Source of the DNA: an uncultured delta proteobacterium | GTDB lineage: Bacteria; Desulfobacterota; Binatia; UBA9968 | DNA: 64,000 bases | Direction of reading: 5' to 3' | Assembly: GCA_963745835.1 (NCBI GenBank) | Contig: CAVUZH010000019.1 | Span: forward strand, 160,001 to 224,000 | Shown: positions 20,895 to 31,529 of the stretch, one piece after another | Position numbering within the stretch: the stretch's first letter is position 1 | Layout of the letters: each line of letters opens with the position of its first letter | The notes under the pieces: generated by a model | Seen by the model: only the letters and a program-made list of their open reading frames with translations | What the model was told of the DNA's origin: nothing | Databases searched by the model: none | Program-made: the position numbers and the translations under genes

Positions 20895-21425
20895 TCAATT
20901 TAACGTTATGCTACCCCATATCCGCGGAGGAATAAGCCCGTGAGCATCGTCAAGGCACCCTTCGATTTCACCCGCAGCGACTGGTTTTGGGCCCAGTGAA
21001 ATATCCGCAGCGAATCTGGCAATGCCGTTACCACAACCAATGCTTACATTGAGAGCTGAAGGCCACACAACTTCGCCATTAAGCACGCGACCGCTGTGCG
21101 TTGTGCCGTCCGCCGCTTGCCAAGACCATCTGCCACCGAGGACCGCAACGGAACCGCCGATTCCTGTAGATCCCTGATAATCAATTCTTGCACTGCAGAG
21201 ACCGCCATCAGTCTGTGCTGGGCTCAGCCAGTTCTCACTTAATTCGTGCGTCCAGCAGACAAAGATCACACCTCTAGTGACATTGCCGTGCGTGACGCCC
21301 AGAAAAATCTCCCAACCGGAAAAATCGGTCTGGTGATCTCCATGGGCGAGCGCAGATTGACTGCCGATAAACGTCCAGACGGTAAGAATCAAAATCCACA
21401 TCCAGCTACGCATTTTTAGTCGCAT
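20895..21425 (-). CDS. Secreted hypothetical beta-rich protein with 4 Cys
   Basis: AAGGA RBS; signal peptide ending SALA; Gly/Trp-rich beta pattern; no family recognised. Confidence 0.7.
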   Translation of the reverse strand: MRLKMRSWMWILILTVWTFIGSQSALAHGDHQTDFSGWEIFLGVTHGNVTRGVIFVCWTHELSENWLSPAQTDGGLCSARIDYQGSTGIGGSVAVLGGRWSWQAADGTTHSGRVLNGEVVWPSALNVSIGCGNGIARFAADISLGPKPVAAGEIEGCLDDAHGLIPPRIWGSITLN

Positions 21426-21512
21426 GTTTTTCGTCCTTATCAAACCGAACATTTTGCCTTGCGACCCAAAAGAAAAAAAGGTTCCTGACACCTTCCTGTT
21501 TCTCTGCTGACC

Positions 21513-22107
21513 TCATTGAGGTGGTGCGCAGGTGAAAACTGCGTTGTGCGGAGCTTTACCCGTGATCGGATCTCGTTGATTTAGCGGATTCGTCATGTCC
21601 AGGGCGCATGTCACGGGACTCGAGTCCAAGAGTTCCTTTCTCTGTGCAGGGTCCAGCATTTTCGACCAGACACCAAAGCACGGTGCCGGAAAAATCAAGC
21701 GCCATAGCCGAGTCCACGATCGGAATCCAGCGACGATTCGGACAATTAGTAGAAACTTCAAATTGGTTTAACGGCAACAAGACTGTTGTAGTCGTCTCAC
21801 CATTATTCGTAATATCGCCTGAACCCAATGGAATGGAATCAGTCAACGGACGATGAAATGCAACGCCGTTAAAGAGCCCGTTATTAGCTGGATTAATGCA
21901 GGCTATCTGAATAGTAGCGGTGACGGTAACTGTTATTTGCGAAGGCTGGCCTTGTGGGTTGGGAGTTTTGATCGTGCGGATCTGCCCCTCAATTTCACTA
22001 AAACCGAACCATCCCCACCCGTCAAAGGATTGCGCATTCGCATGCGTGCCCAACATTGCGACCATGCTTATAACCAACGCGCCGATCAGAATTAGTCTCT
22101 TAAACAT
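21513..22107 (-). CDS. Secreted hypothetical protein with 6 Cys (+1 frameshift near 21630)
   Basis: AGGAGG RBS; signal peptide ending HANA; CINPANNG and CPNRRW motifs; C-terminus continues as LDSSPVTC...VFTCAPPQ in the adjacent frame. Confidence 0.72.
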
Positions 22108-22251
22108 TTTTCTCTCCTCCTTGTTGTTGAATCCGTTGTTGAATCTCGTTGTGTTCTCGCCTGAGCTTTTTCGCTTTTAAAAAGTTTCTGATCTTCATTT
22201 ATTTACATAAATACCTCCGTTTGAATAGGCACGGCTTGCCGTTTCTCTACG

Positions 22252-25200
22252 CTACGGCAGCGCTAATGTGATTCTTGTGAAAATGGTTCTGTCAGGTCGT
22301 ATGCTGGCGTTGTTAATGTCTGGATCAAAATACTTGAACTTTTTGTCAAAAAGATTGCTCGCGCCAACGGCAATGAAACCATATCGCTTCGGCAGGCGAT
22401 AGCTGATTGCCGCATCGACGGTCCAAAAGTCATCGCTGCCGTGTCGAATAGTATTCCCGGTAAATAATCCGCCAAAGTTACCGTCTTGATTGTAGTATGT
22501 CCCGGTGACTGAGGCGCCGAATCCTGAGGGATGAAAAAAATTGATCCCTAAAGGAACACGGTGCGTATCCGCCTCGGTCACTCCCGCCGGGAATTGCCTG
22601 TCCCTTTCGAATCGCTCGAATATATATTGCGCTCTCAATGCCCACCATGGGTGGGGAGTCCAGAAAAGATAGGTACGGGCTAGTTTTTCTTCCCAGTCGG
22701 CTTCTTGGGTCGGAGGGTTGAGTAGGATTAGCTGCAAAATTCAAGAACGGAACTTTCAGATCCCGCTTGGAAAATTCTACGCCTCCGAATAGGTCCTTTG
22801 TAAACTTCTGATCGATAGCACCTCCATAGCGCCATGCCTCTGTTAGATTAAGATCGTCGAAGAATTGATTAAAACCGGCAACCTGTGTGGGCTCCAGGGT
22901 CTGTTGGGTGATCAGCGTTCTCTTCAAGGTCCGGAACGCAGCCGCACGAACGGTCGTGCCTGCAAATGGATTCCAGGTAATCCCGGTTTTCGGGTTGACC
23001 TGGTGCTTATCCTCACCCGGAAAATCGCCGGTCAGGGCGTCAAAGCTGACCCCAAGCGTAAAGGTCACATTCTTTATCAGGTTGATCTGGGAGTAGGAGT
23101 AAACATTGGCGTGATGGGTCACGAGGGGTGTGGTTGCTAGCCGGGTTAGTGTCGGAGGTGTAAGAGGAGGACCCGGTATGAGAGGAGGACCAACGGTTGT
23201 CAGACTATCCTGTTCTGCATTGACGTCGAAATATCCTCCGCCGCTCGTGAGATTAAAGTACCGCGAACGAAATAGGTGTTGGAGCTCGCCTCCGGCAGAA
23301 CGTTGATGAGGAATTTCAAACTCGACTAAACGAACTCCAGGTTGAGGAAACTGGTCATCTCTCTGCTTCGGATCGGTCACTTGATAGGTAAAATTGCCGA
23401 GAATGATCGAATTCGGCGAAAAGGAGTGCCGTGCACCCACGCGGATGGAGTTTCTCTCATCCTCGTTTCTTCGTCCGGGAAAGAAGTCTTGCGGGAAGAA
23501 TCTGAGTAGCAGATCGCCTGTATCGAGGTGTCTGTAGCGATATTCAGCCTGAACGCTTGTGTCAGGCGTAAGTTCCAGTTGTAAGAAAGCATTGGCGATA
23601 GTGTCTTTTTGATCACTATTTGTTCGGAACCCATCTGTTCGATAGTGGAATCCACCAAGGCTAAAGCCGGCATTTTTATAGATTCCGGAGAGAACTCCTT
23701 CTCCACTGTATGTGCTATTCTCGCCCGCCAGACCGCTTGTCTGAAACGTAACTCCGTCACGGTTGAAAATCGGATTAAACTCGTTAAAAGACAGCGCCCC
23801 CGGACCTCCGGCACTAATCAGAAACAAATTACTCTCTGCGAGCCGCGGTTGAATCGGCGTCATATTGAGTGGCTGAAGCAGTTGAGACTGGAGGAGCTCG
23901 CTGACGCGGGCGATCTCGTGACGCGGCAAAACGGAATACGAATCGGCAAGAAATCGGTGCGCGGAAAAGTTGCTTGGATCGGTATTGACGGACTTCCAAC
24001 CTTCCACCAGCGCAAGCTGCTGAAATCCTAAATCAGTGTAAATCCGCGCAAGGCTTGCGCTGCGCGCCGCCAGGTCGGCGTCGAGCTGCAGGCGAGAACG
24101 GTACACCGCGCGGTTCTCATTCAACTCGATCGCTTTCTCCATGTCTTGTAGAGCCTCGACAGGACGGTTTGTAGTTTGCTTTTGGATCGCATCGTAGAAG
24201 TAAGGCGTAGGATCCTTTGGGTCGAGTTCTTTAGCGGTGGTATACTCGCGTTCAGCTAACTCCGAGCGTTTTTCTTCGTAGTAGGCTTTGCCAAGATAGC
24301 TTCGAACAATCGAATTGTTCGGATCCAAGCTTTCGGCGATCTCGAGATCGCGTCTCCCATCTTCAAAATTACTTTCCCGGATCTTTGCTAAGCCCAGACC
24401 TAGTCTTGAGAGAGAGTCGGCCTGATCGAGCACAATAGCTTGTTCGAAGGCCGCCTTTGCCTCCTCCGTATTCACCCGCAGCAAATGGGCGAATCCCAGA
24501 ACCATCTGTGTTCTTGAAAGATTCGGATTGAGCGAGACCGCCTTTTGCGCCGCCGCCAGCGCTTCATCCAGTTCAGCGAAAGACATATGGAGCTCAGCTA
24601 GCCTGGCCCAAGCTAGAGCGTCATTCGGGTTTGCTCGCACGGCTTGTTGTAGGCTAGCTGCGGGCGCCTTCGAGATCGAAATTTGCCTGCTGGGCATAGG
24701 ATAGGGCGATCAGCGCTGAGGCTGACTTCGGATCGGCGGCAACGGCTTTTCTCGCGACACTGAGCGCTCTTTCCTTATCGTTTTGTACAACCGCAATAAT
24801 GGATTGCAGCGCCAGCGCATCGCCATAGTTCGGATTCAAGCTCAGCGCGCGCTCGATGTCTTTACTCGCCTCATCAACCCGGCCGACACCGAGCAGCAGT
24901 TGCGCACGGTAGGCGAAAAATCGCGGCTCCGTAACGTCGGCCGGCACATCCCTAATCGCCTCGAACGCCGCTTGGTAATCACCTTTCATGTAAGCGTCCA
25001 AAGATTTCTGAACCATGCCTCGCCACGGCTCCGGGCCTTGAAAGTCTTCAGCTCGAAAATATGTCACGGGCGGATAGTACAATGCCCATTGCACGGCATC
25101 GCGCGGACGGACAACGGTGCGCAGTACTGGGGCTCTTCCTTGCACGGCTTCTGCCGACTGACCATCTGTCAGCGACAGGCTGCCTGCGGCGTTGGCGGCC

Positions 25201-25689
25201 AGCACCTTGCCTTCGAATATCGTGACGAATGTCCGATCAGCAGCGACTTCTACTAGCCCCTCCGTTCCTTCCACACCTGCGTTTACGAACGCCGTATTGA
25301 TTTCGAGATTGCGTGGTAGACGGCTAAAAAAATGTAAGGCGCCCCGCGCCAACTCGATCAGCGAGGTTTGTTCTTCTCGTAGGCCCCCCAGAGTCACCGT
25401 GGTGTTCTGATCGAGACGAAGAAGCGGTTGGTTGACGAGCGCGAGGTCTGCCCTGCTTCTCTCGGCAACTTGGATCCTATCCCCCGCACAATAGCCGTCG
25501 TTCAGACGAGCCTGTTGCGACTGAGCCTGTCCAGCTCTCCGGACTTCTACATTTCCTTGGACCGAGACCATTCTGGCCACGACTGGATCACAGGGGGTCG
25601 CGCGCAGGAGAACTGGATGAGTGTGACAATACCGCAAGAACACTCGTCAGGAAAAAAGGAGAGAATAAGGACCGAGGTATGTTTTTCAT
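22252..25689 (-). CDS. Large FecR-domain + TPR + TonB-receptor-like beta-barrel outer membrane protein (about three frameshifts)
   Basis: FecR-like VSVQGNVEV..GDRIQV..INTAFVNAGVEGT; multiple TPRs (ALSLNPNY, AVSLNPNL, LDPNNS, LDPKDP); barrel with NPKTGITW..TTVRAAAF and DAAISYRLPKRYG..GASNLFDK; pieces at 24654-25643, 22478-24697 and 22252-22737. Confidence 0.85.
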
Positions 25690-25745
25690 GGCTGGTACTC
25701 TCCGCACGACTGCATCGACGTAAAGAAGGTAGAACTGCTACATTA

Positions 25746-27995
25746 TTATTTATCCTCCAGAGGAATGATTCCTTCCCAGTCTTCCTCGGGCGGGTTCTGC
25801 TTATATTGCTCACACAGCTTTATGTAAAAATGCGCGGAACCACCGATGCTGCCGTTATCGATGGCATGATGAAATTTTTCCTCGGCTTCGTCCCAAGACT
25901 TTCGTCTGAAGGCACTGAGAGCATCAGCAAATATTTCGCGAGATTTTTTCTGTTGTTCGTCGAATTCCTCGACCCGACACAACAACTCATGAATGGTTAG
26001 AGGTTGGCTTTTTCCTTTGAGCAAAAATTTCCCAAGCTCTGTAGTCAGTACACCATCTGTTTGCTCCAGAACCTCTTGCGATACCAAAATCTTAGTACCG
26101 AGATACTTATTCAGGCCGTCCATCCTCGATGCCGTATTGACGGTGTCGCCTCTGAGCCCATACTGGTAATACTCACCCGCGCCGATATTCCCATGGAAAA
26201 TTTCTCCGAAGTGGACCGCGACTCGCGTCGGCAAATTCACGTCTTTAAGCGAACCGTTAAAAAGATCTACGGCTTTGGCCAAATCCAAAGCAGCTAGGCA
26301 AGCTTGGTGTTTTAGTGCCGGCGAGGGTTGTGCGGCTTTCCATATGGCTAGAATCGAATCGCCCTTGAGCTCAACGATCAGGCCGCCGTTTCGCCGAATC
26401 GGCGTCAATGTCGCTTCGAAATATCGATGCATCAATTCAGTGAGCTGTTGGGGGTTCATCTTTTCCGACAACGTCGTATAACCTGCCACATCGGCAAACA
26501 GGCAGGCGCCGTATACCATTTGCCCGCTGTTTTTAATGTCGACGATGTTCTTGGCCAGCTGGTCGACGACCTCGTCCGGGACATAGTAGGCAAGAGCCTT
26601 TCGAATATGCTGGCGCTCTCGATTGGTCTCAACATAATTCCAGGCGACACCCGAGATGAATGCCAGTGGACTCTGTATAAACAACGGCACAAAAATCGGA
26701 TACCAGGTACCGTCGGCTGCGAACTGAAATTCCGCAGCCCAGAGGTAAACAAGACTCAACGCCAGCGTGCCGAAGATCGCGACCGTGAGCGAAGCGAGAC
26801 GACAGAGAATGCCGGTAACGATCCCCCACAAAAAAATGACGATTAGATAGCTGTATGGCCCGATGGGCTTCAAGGCGGTATCATGGAGCAGGTTGGAGAA
26901 CGCCGTAGCGGCAATTTCCACTCCGCCGATGAAAACCCCGTTGGCTTGCGAAAACACGGTGTAAAAACTGTCCTTTCTTTCCGCTAATATTCTTTCCGAC
27001 AGACCTACAAAGATTGCCTTACCTTTAAAATCTGGTGTTGCGCCGGCTATCCCTTCGCCGAGTTGGAGTGCTCGATGATAAGGGAGAGTCGTAATTGTTC
27101 CGGGCGGTCCATAGTAGTTTACGTATTGTCGACTTGAACCCCCGTAAAGTTTTACAAGAGACTTGAGCCATGAATTTGGTTCGCAGCAACTTGGGAGTCC
27201 GAGCGCTCCAGCTCTTCAATCATCCTGCGCTCGAAGGGATGGGTCGCTATCGAAGATATCTTTAATGTCCCTAACTACTTTTGACACGGCTTTCGCACTG
27301 ATCACTGTCTCCGAGTCGCCGGCAATTTCGCTGCTTCTGGCGGGCCTAGTTTTTTTAGCAGACGGATGAAGTCTTCGTATACTTTGATTGTGAATAGTTG
27401 GAACGCGACTACGGGAAAGGTGGGCGAGTCTCCGGTTCCTGCCTGAAACGTCCAGTACTGGTTTACCTTGAAAGGTATTCTGGGTAGTACAAACGGAGCT
27501 GTCGCGGCGGCCGATTGCGAGAAGGGAGCAAACGGCTTCATGATCTTTACGATGCGGTGCTCGCTGGCGTAGGCTCCCCCGGTGGCGCCCGGTATTTCTT
27601 TGGCCGTCAGCGCGTCAGCGAGCACAACGTTGCGCGCTTTCTGCATTGCCGCAGCAAATAACTTGTCATCATCGCTGTTCCGAGACTCGAGAAAGTGAAC
27701 ATCAAAAGTAATGACTGCCGCGCCTTGTTTTGACAGCTTGTCCACCAAGCGAGCATGTAGTGAACGAGGCCACTTATCAGGGTTGTCCGGGACGTTGAGT
27801 TGCTCCGATGACTCCCTGTCAATACTGATTACAACGGCATCTGAGGGCGCCTGCCTGACGCCTCTCAGTTTGAACAACAAGCCCAAACCAACGTCTTCCT
27901 CGAACTCGTGAGAGAATTGAAAAAAACTCAGAGATGAGGCCGATCAGACCTAAAAGTAAGCCTAAAGGTAGGGCCTTTAAAATCCGGGACATCAT
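25746..27995 (-). CDS. CHASE2-domain membrane-bound class III nucleotide cyclase with C-terminal TPR-like tail (frameshifted in the N-terminal half)
   Basis: CHASE2 motifs VVISIDRES, WPRS.HARL, ITFDVHF, GVEIAATA.SNLL; three TM helices; catalytic LFADVAGYTTLSE, ELKGD, GDTVNTASRM, LKGK. Confidence 0.9.
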
Positions 27996-28385
27996 TAATT
28001 TGCAGCCAGCCACCGAGCAAAAGGAATCGTCGACCCAGTTAAACGCGGTGTGGGATGAGGCTCTCCCATATCGCTAGCAGGGTACCGATGTCAAGTGGAT
28101 TAATTGTTACAAATTACAGTCGAAATACTTCCTGATAGGTCGAATTTCAGCGGACCGAATTCCGGCCCAAATCGAGTAAGACAAAAGTCGGAGGCGTAAC
28201 TCAGGCAGTCTCTTCGAGGCTCTCGCCGCAGACCCTTTGACAATGGTCAGCACCGCGGGTAAGTCGACGGACAAAATCCTAAAAGGGCATCGCTAAAATC
28301 ATCCATCAGATTTCAATCTGATCTTACCTTACATGTGATAATGATATAGTCCGCTGTGCCATTCAGTGATGGGCAGGAGAAAATC

Positions 28386-29369
28386 ATGACTAAGATCGCC
28401 TATGCATTGTTGTTTTCCATAACGGTTCTTCTTTTTGGATTACCGAGATTAGAAGCGCAACCCACGCGAGTCGCTCGGATCGGTATTCTGTTACCCGAAT
28501 CCGGGCTCGACGAATCACAAACGGTAAAAGGATTTAGAGACGGTCTCAAGGAAGCCGGCTACAAAGAAGGCGAAAATATCATTGTGGAAGTGGAGGATGT
28601 CAAAGGCGCGCGATCGCACTTGCAAGGCGCACTCGAGGAGCTGGTGAGCAAGAGAGTAGACGTAATCTTTACGACAGGCACCCGAGCGACACGAGCGGCG
28701 ATGGCGACGACCAAAGAAATACCTATTGTCTTCCGCCATCCGGCTGATCCCGTGACCCTGGGACTTGTCAAGGACATAAACCGCCCCGGCGGAAACGTGA
28801 CTGGCGTCGCGGCATTTTCGTTGGAAGCGAACCAAAAACGTTTGGAGGTTCTGAAGCAGATTATTCCAAACCTCCGTCGTATACATATATTTTACGATGC
28901 CAACAACAGGTTCTCGCCGGATAACTTTGCTGCGGCGGAAAAATCGGCGCGCCAGCTGAAACTTGACGTGCTTGAGTACCCGGTGAAAACGGCGAGCGAA
29001 TTCAAGAGCTCCCTGGCTCAAATGGAAGTAACTCCGGGTGATGCCATATTCCAAATCGCCGATGATCTGGTAGAAAGCCAGGGATCGGTGCTTTTAGAGG
29101 AGGCGAAAAAGCGACGAATGGCTACTATGTTTCACTCGGAAGTATGGGCCAGTAGAGGAAGCTTGGCGGCTTATGGGCCCAACTATTATGAAATGGGCCG
29201 GCAGGCCGCCGATCTAGTTCAGAAAATCCTCAAAGGCGCGCACCCTAAAGATATAGCCGTGGCGCATGCAAATAAATTTGATCTGGCAATCAACCTGAGA
29301 ACCGCCAGCAGTATCGGTTTGAAAGTAGCGCCGGAGCTGTTGAAGAAGGCCGACAAGGTTATTCGATAG
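28386..29369 (+). CDS. ABC transporter substrate-binding protein (ABC_sub_bind type)
   Basis: RIGIL, GLKEAGY.EGENI, ATTKEIPIVF, DPV.LGLV....RPGGNVTG, AYGPNY..MGRQAA..V.KILKG. Confidence 0.9.
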   Translation: MTKIAYALLFSITVLLFGLPRLEAQPTRVARIGILLPESGLDESQTVKGFRDGLKEAGYKEGENIIVEVEDVKGARSHLQGALEELVSKRVDVIFTTGTRATRAAMATTKEIPIVFRHPADPVTLGLVKDINRPGGNVTGVAAFSLEANQKRLEVLKQIIPNLRRIHIFYDANNRFSPDNFAAAEKSARQLKLDVLEYPVKTASEFKSSLAQMEVTPGDAIFQIADDLVESQGSVLLEEAKKRRMATMFHSEVWASRGSLAAYGPNYYEMGRQAADLVQKILKGAHPKDIAVAHANKFDLAINLRTASSIGLKVAPELLKKADKVIR

Positions 29370-29438
29370 CGTAATTGAATACGCAGCAGAGGGTGTTATA
29401 CGGTCTGATAAGCGACTCTAAACGCTCCAGAGGTGAAC

Positions 29439-29945
29439 ATGTCAGTTGCTGAACATAAGGCAAAGGGTAAGAAGAGCATCCGCTGTTTCGTCATCACGGT
29501 CAGCGATACGCGTTCAGAGGCGAATGATACCAGCGGCCAGACCATCAAATCGATGTTGGGCGCGGAAGAGCACCAAATTGCCGGCTATCGCATCGTCAAG
29601 GACGAACCGGCTCAAATCGAAGCACTTCTCAACGAGGCGCTTGCCGCCGTTGAAGTCGATGCAGTGATCGTTAATGGCGGCACCGGTATTGCGCCGCGGG
29701 ACGGCACTTACGAGGTGGTCTCGCGTTTACTGGAAAAAAAACTCGATGGCTTTGGCGAGATTTTCCGCTACCTGAGCTACCTGGATATCGGCTCTGCCGC
29801 GATTATGAGTCGCTCGGCAGCCGGATCTGCTCGCGGCAAAGTGCTGATTTCACTGCCCGGCTCCAAGGGCGCCGTGACATTAGCTATGGAAAAGCTGATT
29901 CTCCCAGAGATCCGCCACATGGTTTCTCAACTGCAAGGAACATGA
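29439..29945 (+). CDS. moaB: Molybdenum cofactor biosynthesis protein MoaB/MogA
   Basis: ITVSDTR...NDTSG, GGTGIAPRDGT, GFGEIFR, AIMSRS, SLPGS. Confidence 0.9.
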   Translation: MSVAEHKAKGKKSIRCFVITVSDTRSEANDTSGQTIKSMLGAEEHQIAGYRIVKDEPAQIEALLNEALAAVEVDAVIVNGGTGIAPRDGTYEVVSRLLEKKLDGFGEIFRYLSYLDIGSAAIMSRSAAGSARGKVLISLPGSKGAVTLAMEKLILPEIRHMVSQLQGT

Positions 29946-30187
29946 AAATCAAAGTTAAATTCTTTGCCATCTTGCGCGAGCGCGCCGGAACGGCGGAAGT
30001 CACCAAAGATATCCGAGATGGAAGCACGGTAACGGATCTTTGGCAGGCACTGCAGCAAGACTTTCCCAAATTGAATGTCGCCGGGATTCGCTTGTTGTAT
30101 GCGGTCAATCAGAACTACGTCAGCCCGGATTTCAAGCTGAGCGATCAAGACGAAGTGGTTTTTATTCCGCCAGTAAGCGGAGGATGA
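29942..30187 (+). CDS. moaD: Molybdopterin synthase sulfur carrier subunit
   Basis: VKFFAILRE, AVNQNY, C-terminal PPVSGG. Confidence 0.93.
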   Translation: MKIKVKFFAILRERAGTAEVTKDIRDGSTVTDLWQALQQDFPKLNVAGIRLLYAVNQNYVSPDFKLSDQDEVVFIPPVSGG

Positions 30188-30193
30188 GGATCG

Positions 30194-30634
30194 ATGTTTC
30201 GAGTTACCAACCAACCCATTGATCTACAAGAACTCGTGCGATTTGTCACCGATCCGGAAACGGGCGCCATCGCGACGTTCATTGGCACGACCCGCAATCA
30301 TAACGACGGCCGGAAGGTGATCGCGCTCGATTATGATGGATACCCGGAAATGGCGGAGAAAGAATTGGCGCGTATTGGCGCGGCCGCGCGCAAACAGTGG
30401 CAGATTTGCCGGATGGCTATCGTTCATCGCCTGGGTCCGGTGCAGATCACTGAAGCGAGCGTGATGATCGCCGTTTCCTCGGGTCATCGAGAGGCGGCGT
30501 TTGCCGCGTGCCGATTTGCCATCGAGGAGATTAAGAGAACCGTGCCGATCTGGAAAAAAGAAGTTTTTGAAGGTGGTGAAGTTTGGATCGGAACGCAAAC
30601 TGGAGAACCGCTGGCGCAAAAAGATGAAGGATGA
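30194..30634 (+). CDS. moaE: Molybdopterin synthase catalytic subunit
   Basis: GAIATFIGTTR, HRLG, SSGHREAAF, IKRTVPIWKKE. Confidence 0.95.
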   Translation: MFRVTNQPIDLQELVRFVTDPETGAIATFIGTTRNHNDGRKVIALDYDGYPEMAEKELARIGAAARKQWQICRMAIVHRLGPVQITEASVMIAVSSGHREAAFAACRFAIEEIKRTVPIWKKEVFEGGEVWIGTQTGEPLAQKDEG

Positions 30635-30686
30635 TGGAACGGATGCGGCAAGACTTGCGCCAGGCTCTTTGCTCACAGCCGCTTGC

Positions 30687-31337
30687 TCAGTTTTTCTCGA
30701 GCATTTTTCCACGCACTCGAGCGCGCAGCCAAACAATCGCGCCAATAATGCTCAGGATCAAGATTGCTGAGACAATACCCTCGGCTCTATCAAGGCCTTT
30801 AGCAAAACCCTGGTACGTCTCGCCTAGTCCCCAGCCAAGATAGCCCAGTAAAAGACAGCGTGGGATAGCTCCGTAGAACGTCCAGAGGCTGAATTGCTTG
30901 AGCGGCAAACGAAGCAATCCGGCCGCTGCGGAAATGACCGAGAGCGGAAATATCGGCAGCGCCCGTAAAAAGAAAATGGTGGTGTTCACCCGTCCACCCT
31001 GAAAACGCCGTTCCAGCGCCTCGACATCGCTCCAGTTAAATCCAAGAAATCCCTTCCATCGATCGACCACAGTTTTGCCGCCGAAGTAGCCGATGCCATA
31101 GCCGATATAGGCGCCAAGCGTTGAGGCGACGGATCCCGGTAGAACGATCTGTAGAAGTATCGGCACGAGCGCTTCGAAGAAGCTGAGCTGCGGGCTGATC
31201 AACACGAACCCGGCGCCCATGATGATTAGCGGTGATGGAATCGGCACGATTACCGATTCGATGATGACGCCGATGAAGACGCTCCACGCTCCGTAAGAGC
31301 GAATCGACTCCATGATCCAATTTAGAATTGCGGCCAC
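30687..31337 (-). CDS. DedA family membrane protein
   Basis: IIESVIVPIPS, IGYFGG, FFLRALP..SVISAAAG, LGYLGW.LG. Confidence 0.88.
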   Translation of the reverse strand: MAAILNWIMESIRSYGAWSVFIGVIIESVIVPIPSPLIIMGAGFVLISPQLSFFEALVPILLQIVLPGSVASTLGAYIGYGIGYFGGKTVVDRWKGFLGFNWSDVEALERRFQGGRVNTTIFFLRALPIFPLSVISAAAGLLRLPLKQFSLWTFYGAIPRCLLLGYLGWGLGETYQGFAKGLDRAEGIVSAILILSIIGAIVWLRARVRGKMLEKN

Positions 31338-31529
31338 GGTTTATGTCTCCCAATCGAATTTGTGCCAGGGTAACAGCTTCAATGATTTAAGTTAAGGGAA
31401 ACGTTCCGGCGATATTCCGACAGGCCTGCCACAGAGGTCCCCGCGATGTCGGCGCTGGAAAAACACCCGGCCACGGAATGATTGAGCGGCGGAAAGCGGT
31501 GCCGTTTGGGGGGCGGGCGAAACCTAAAG

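Noticed and set aside
28386-29369. Divergent ABC_sub_bind protein as the ligand sensor for the CHASE2 cyclase
   Set aside because: Only adjacency supports it, and orphan SBPs are common throughout the window.
29370-29438. Moco riboswitch upstream of moaB
   Set aside because: The gap is only about 70 nt and shows no recognisable structure.
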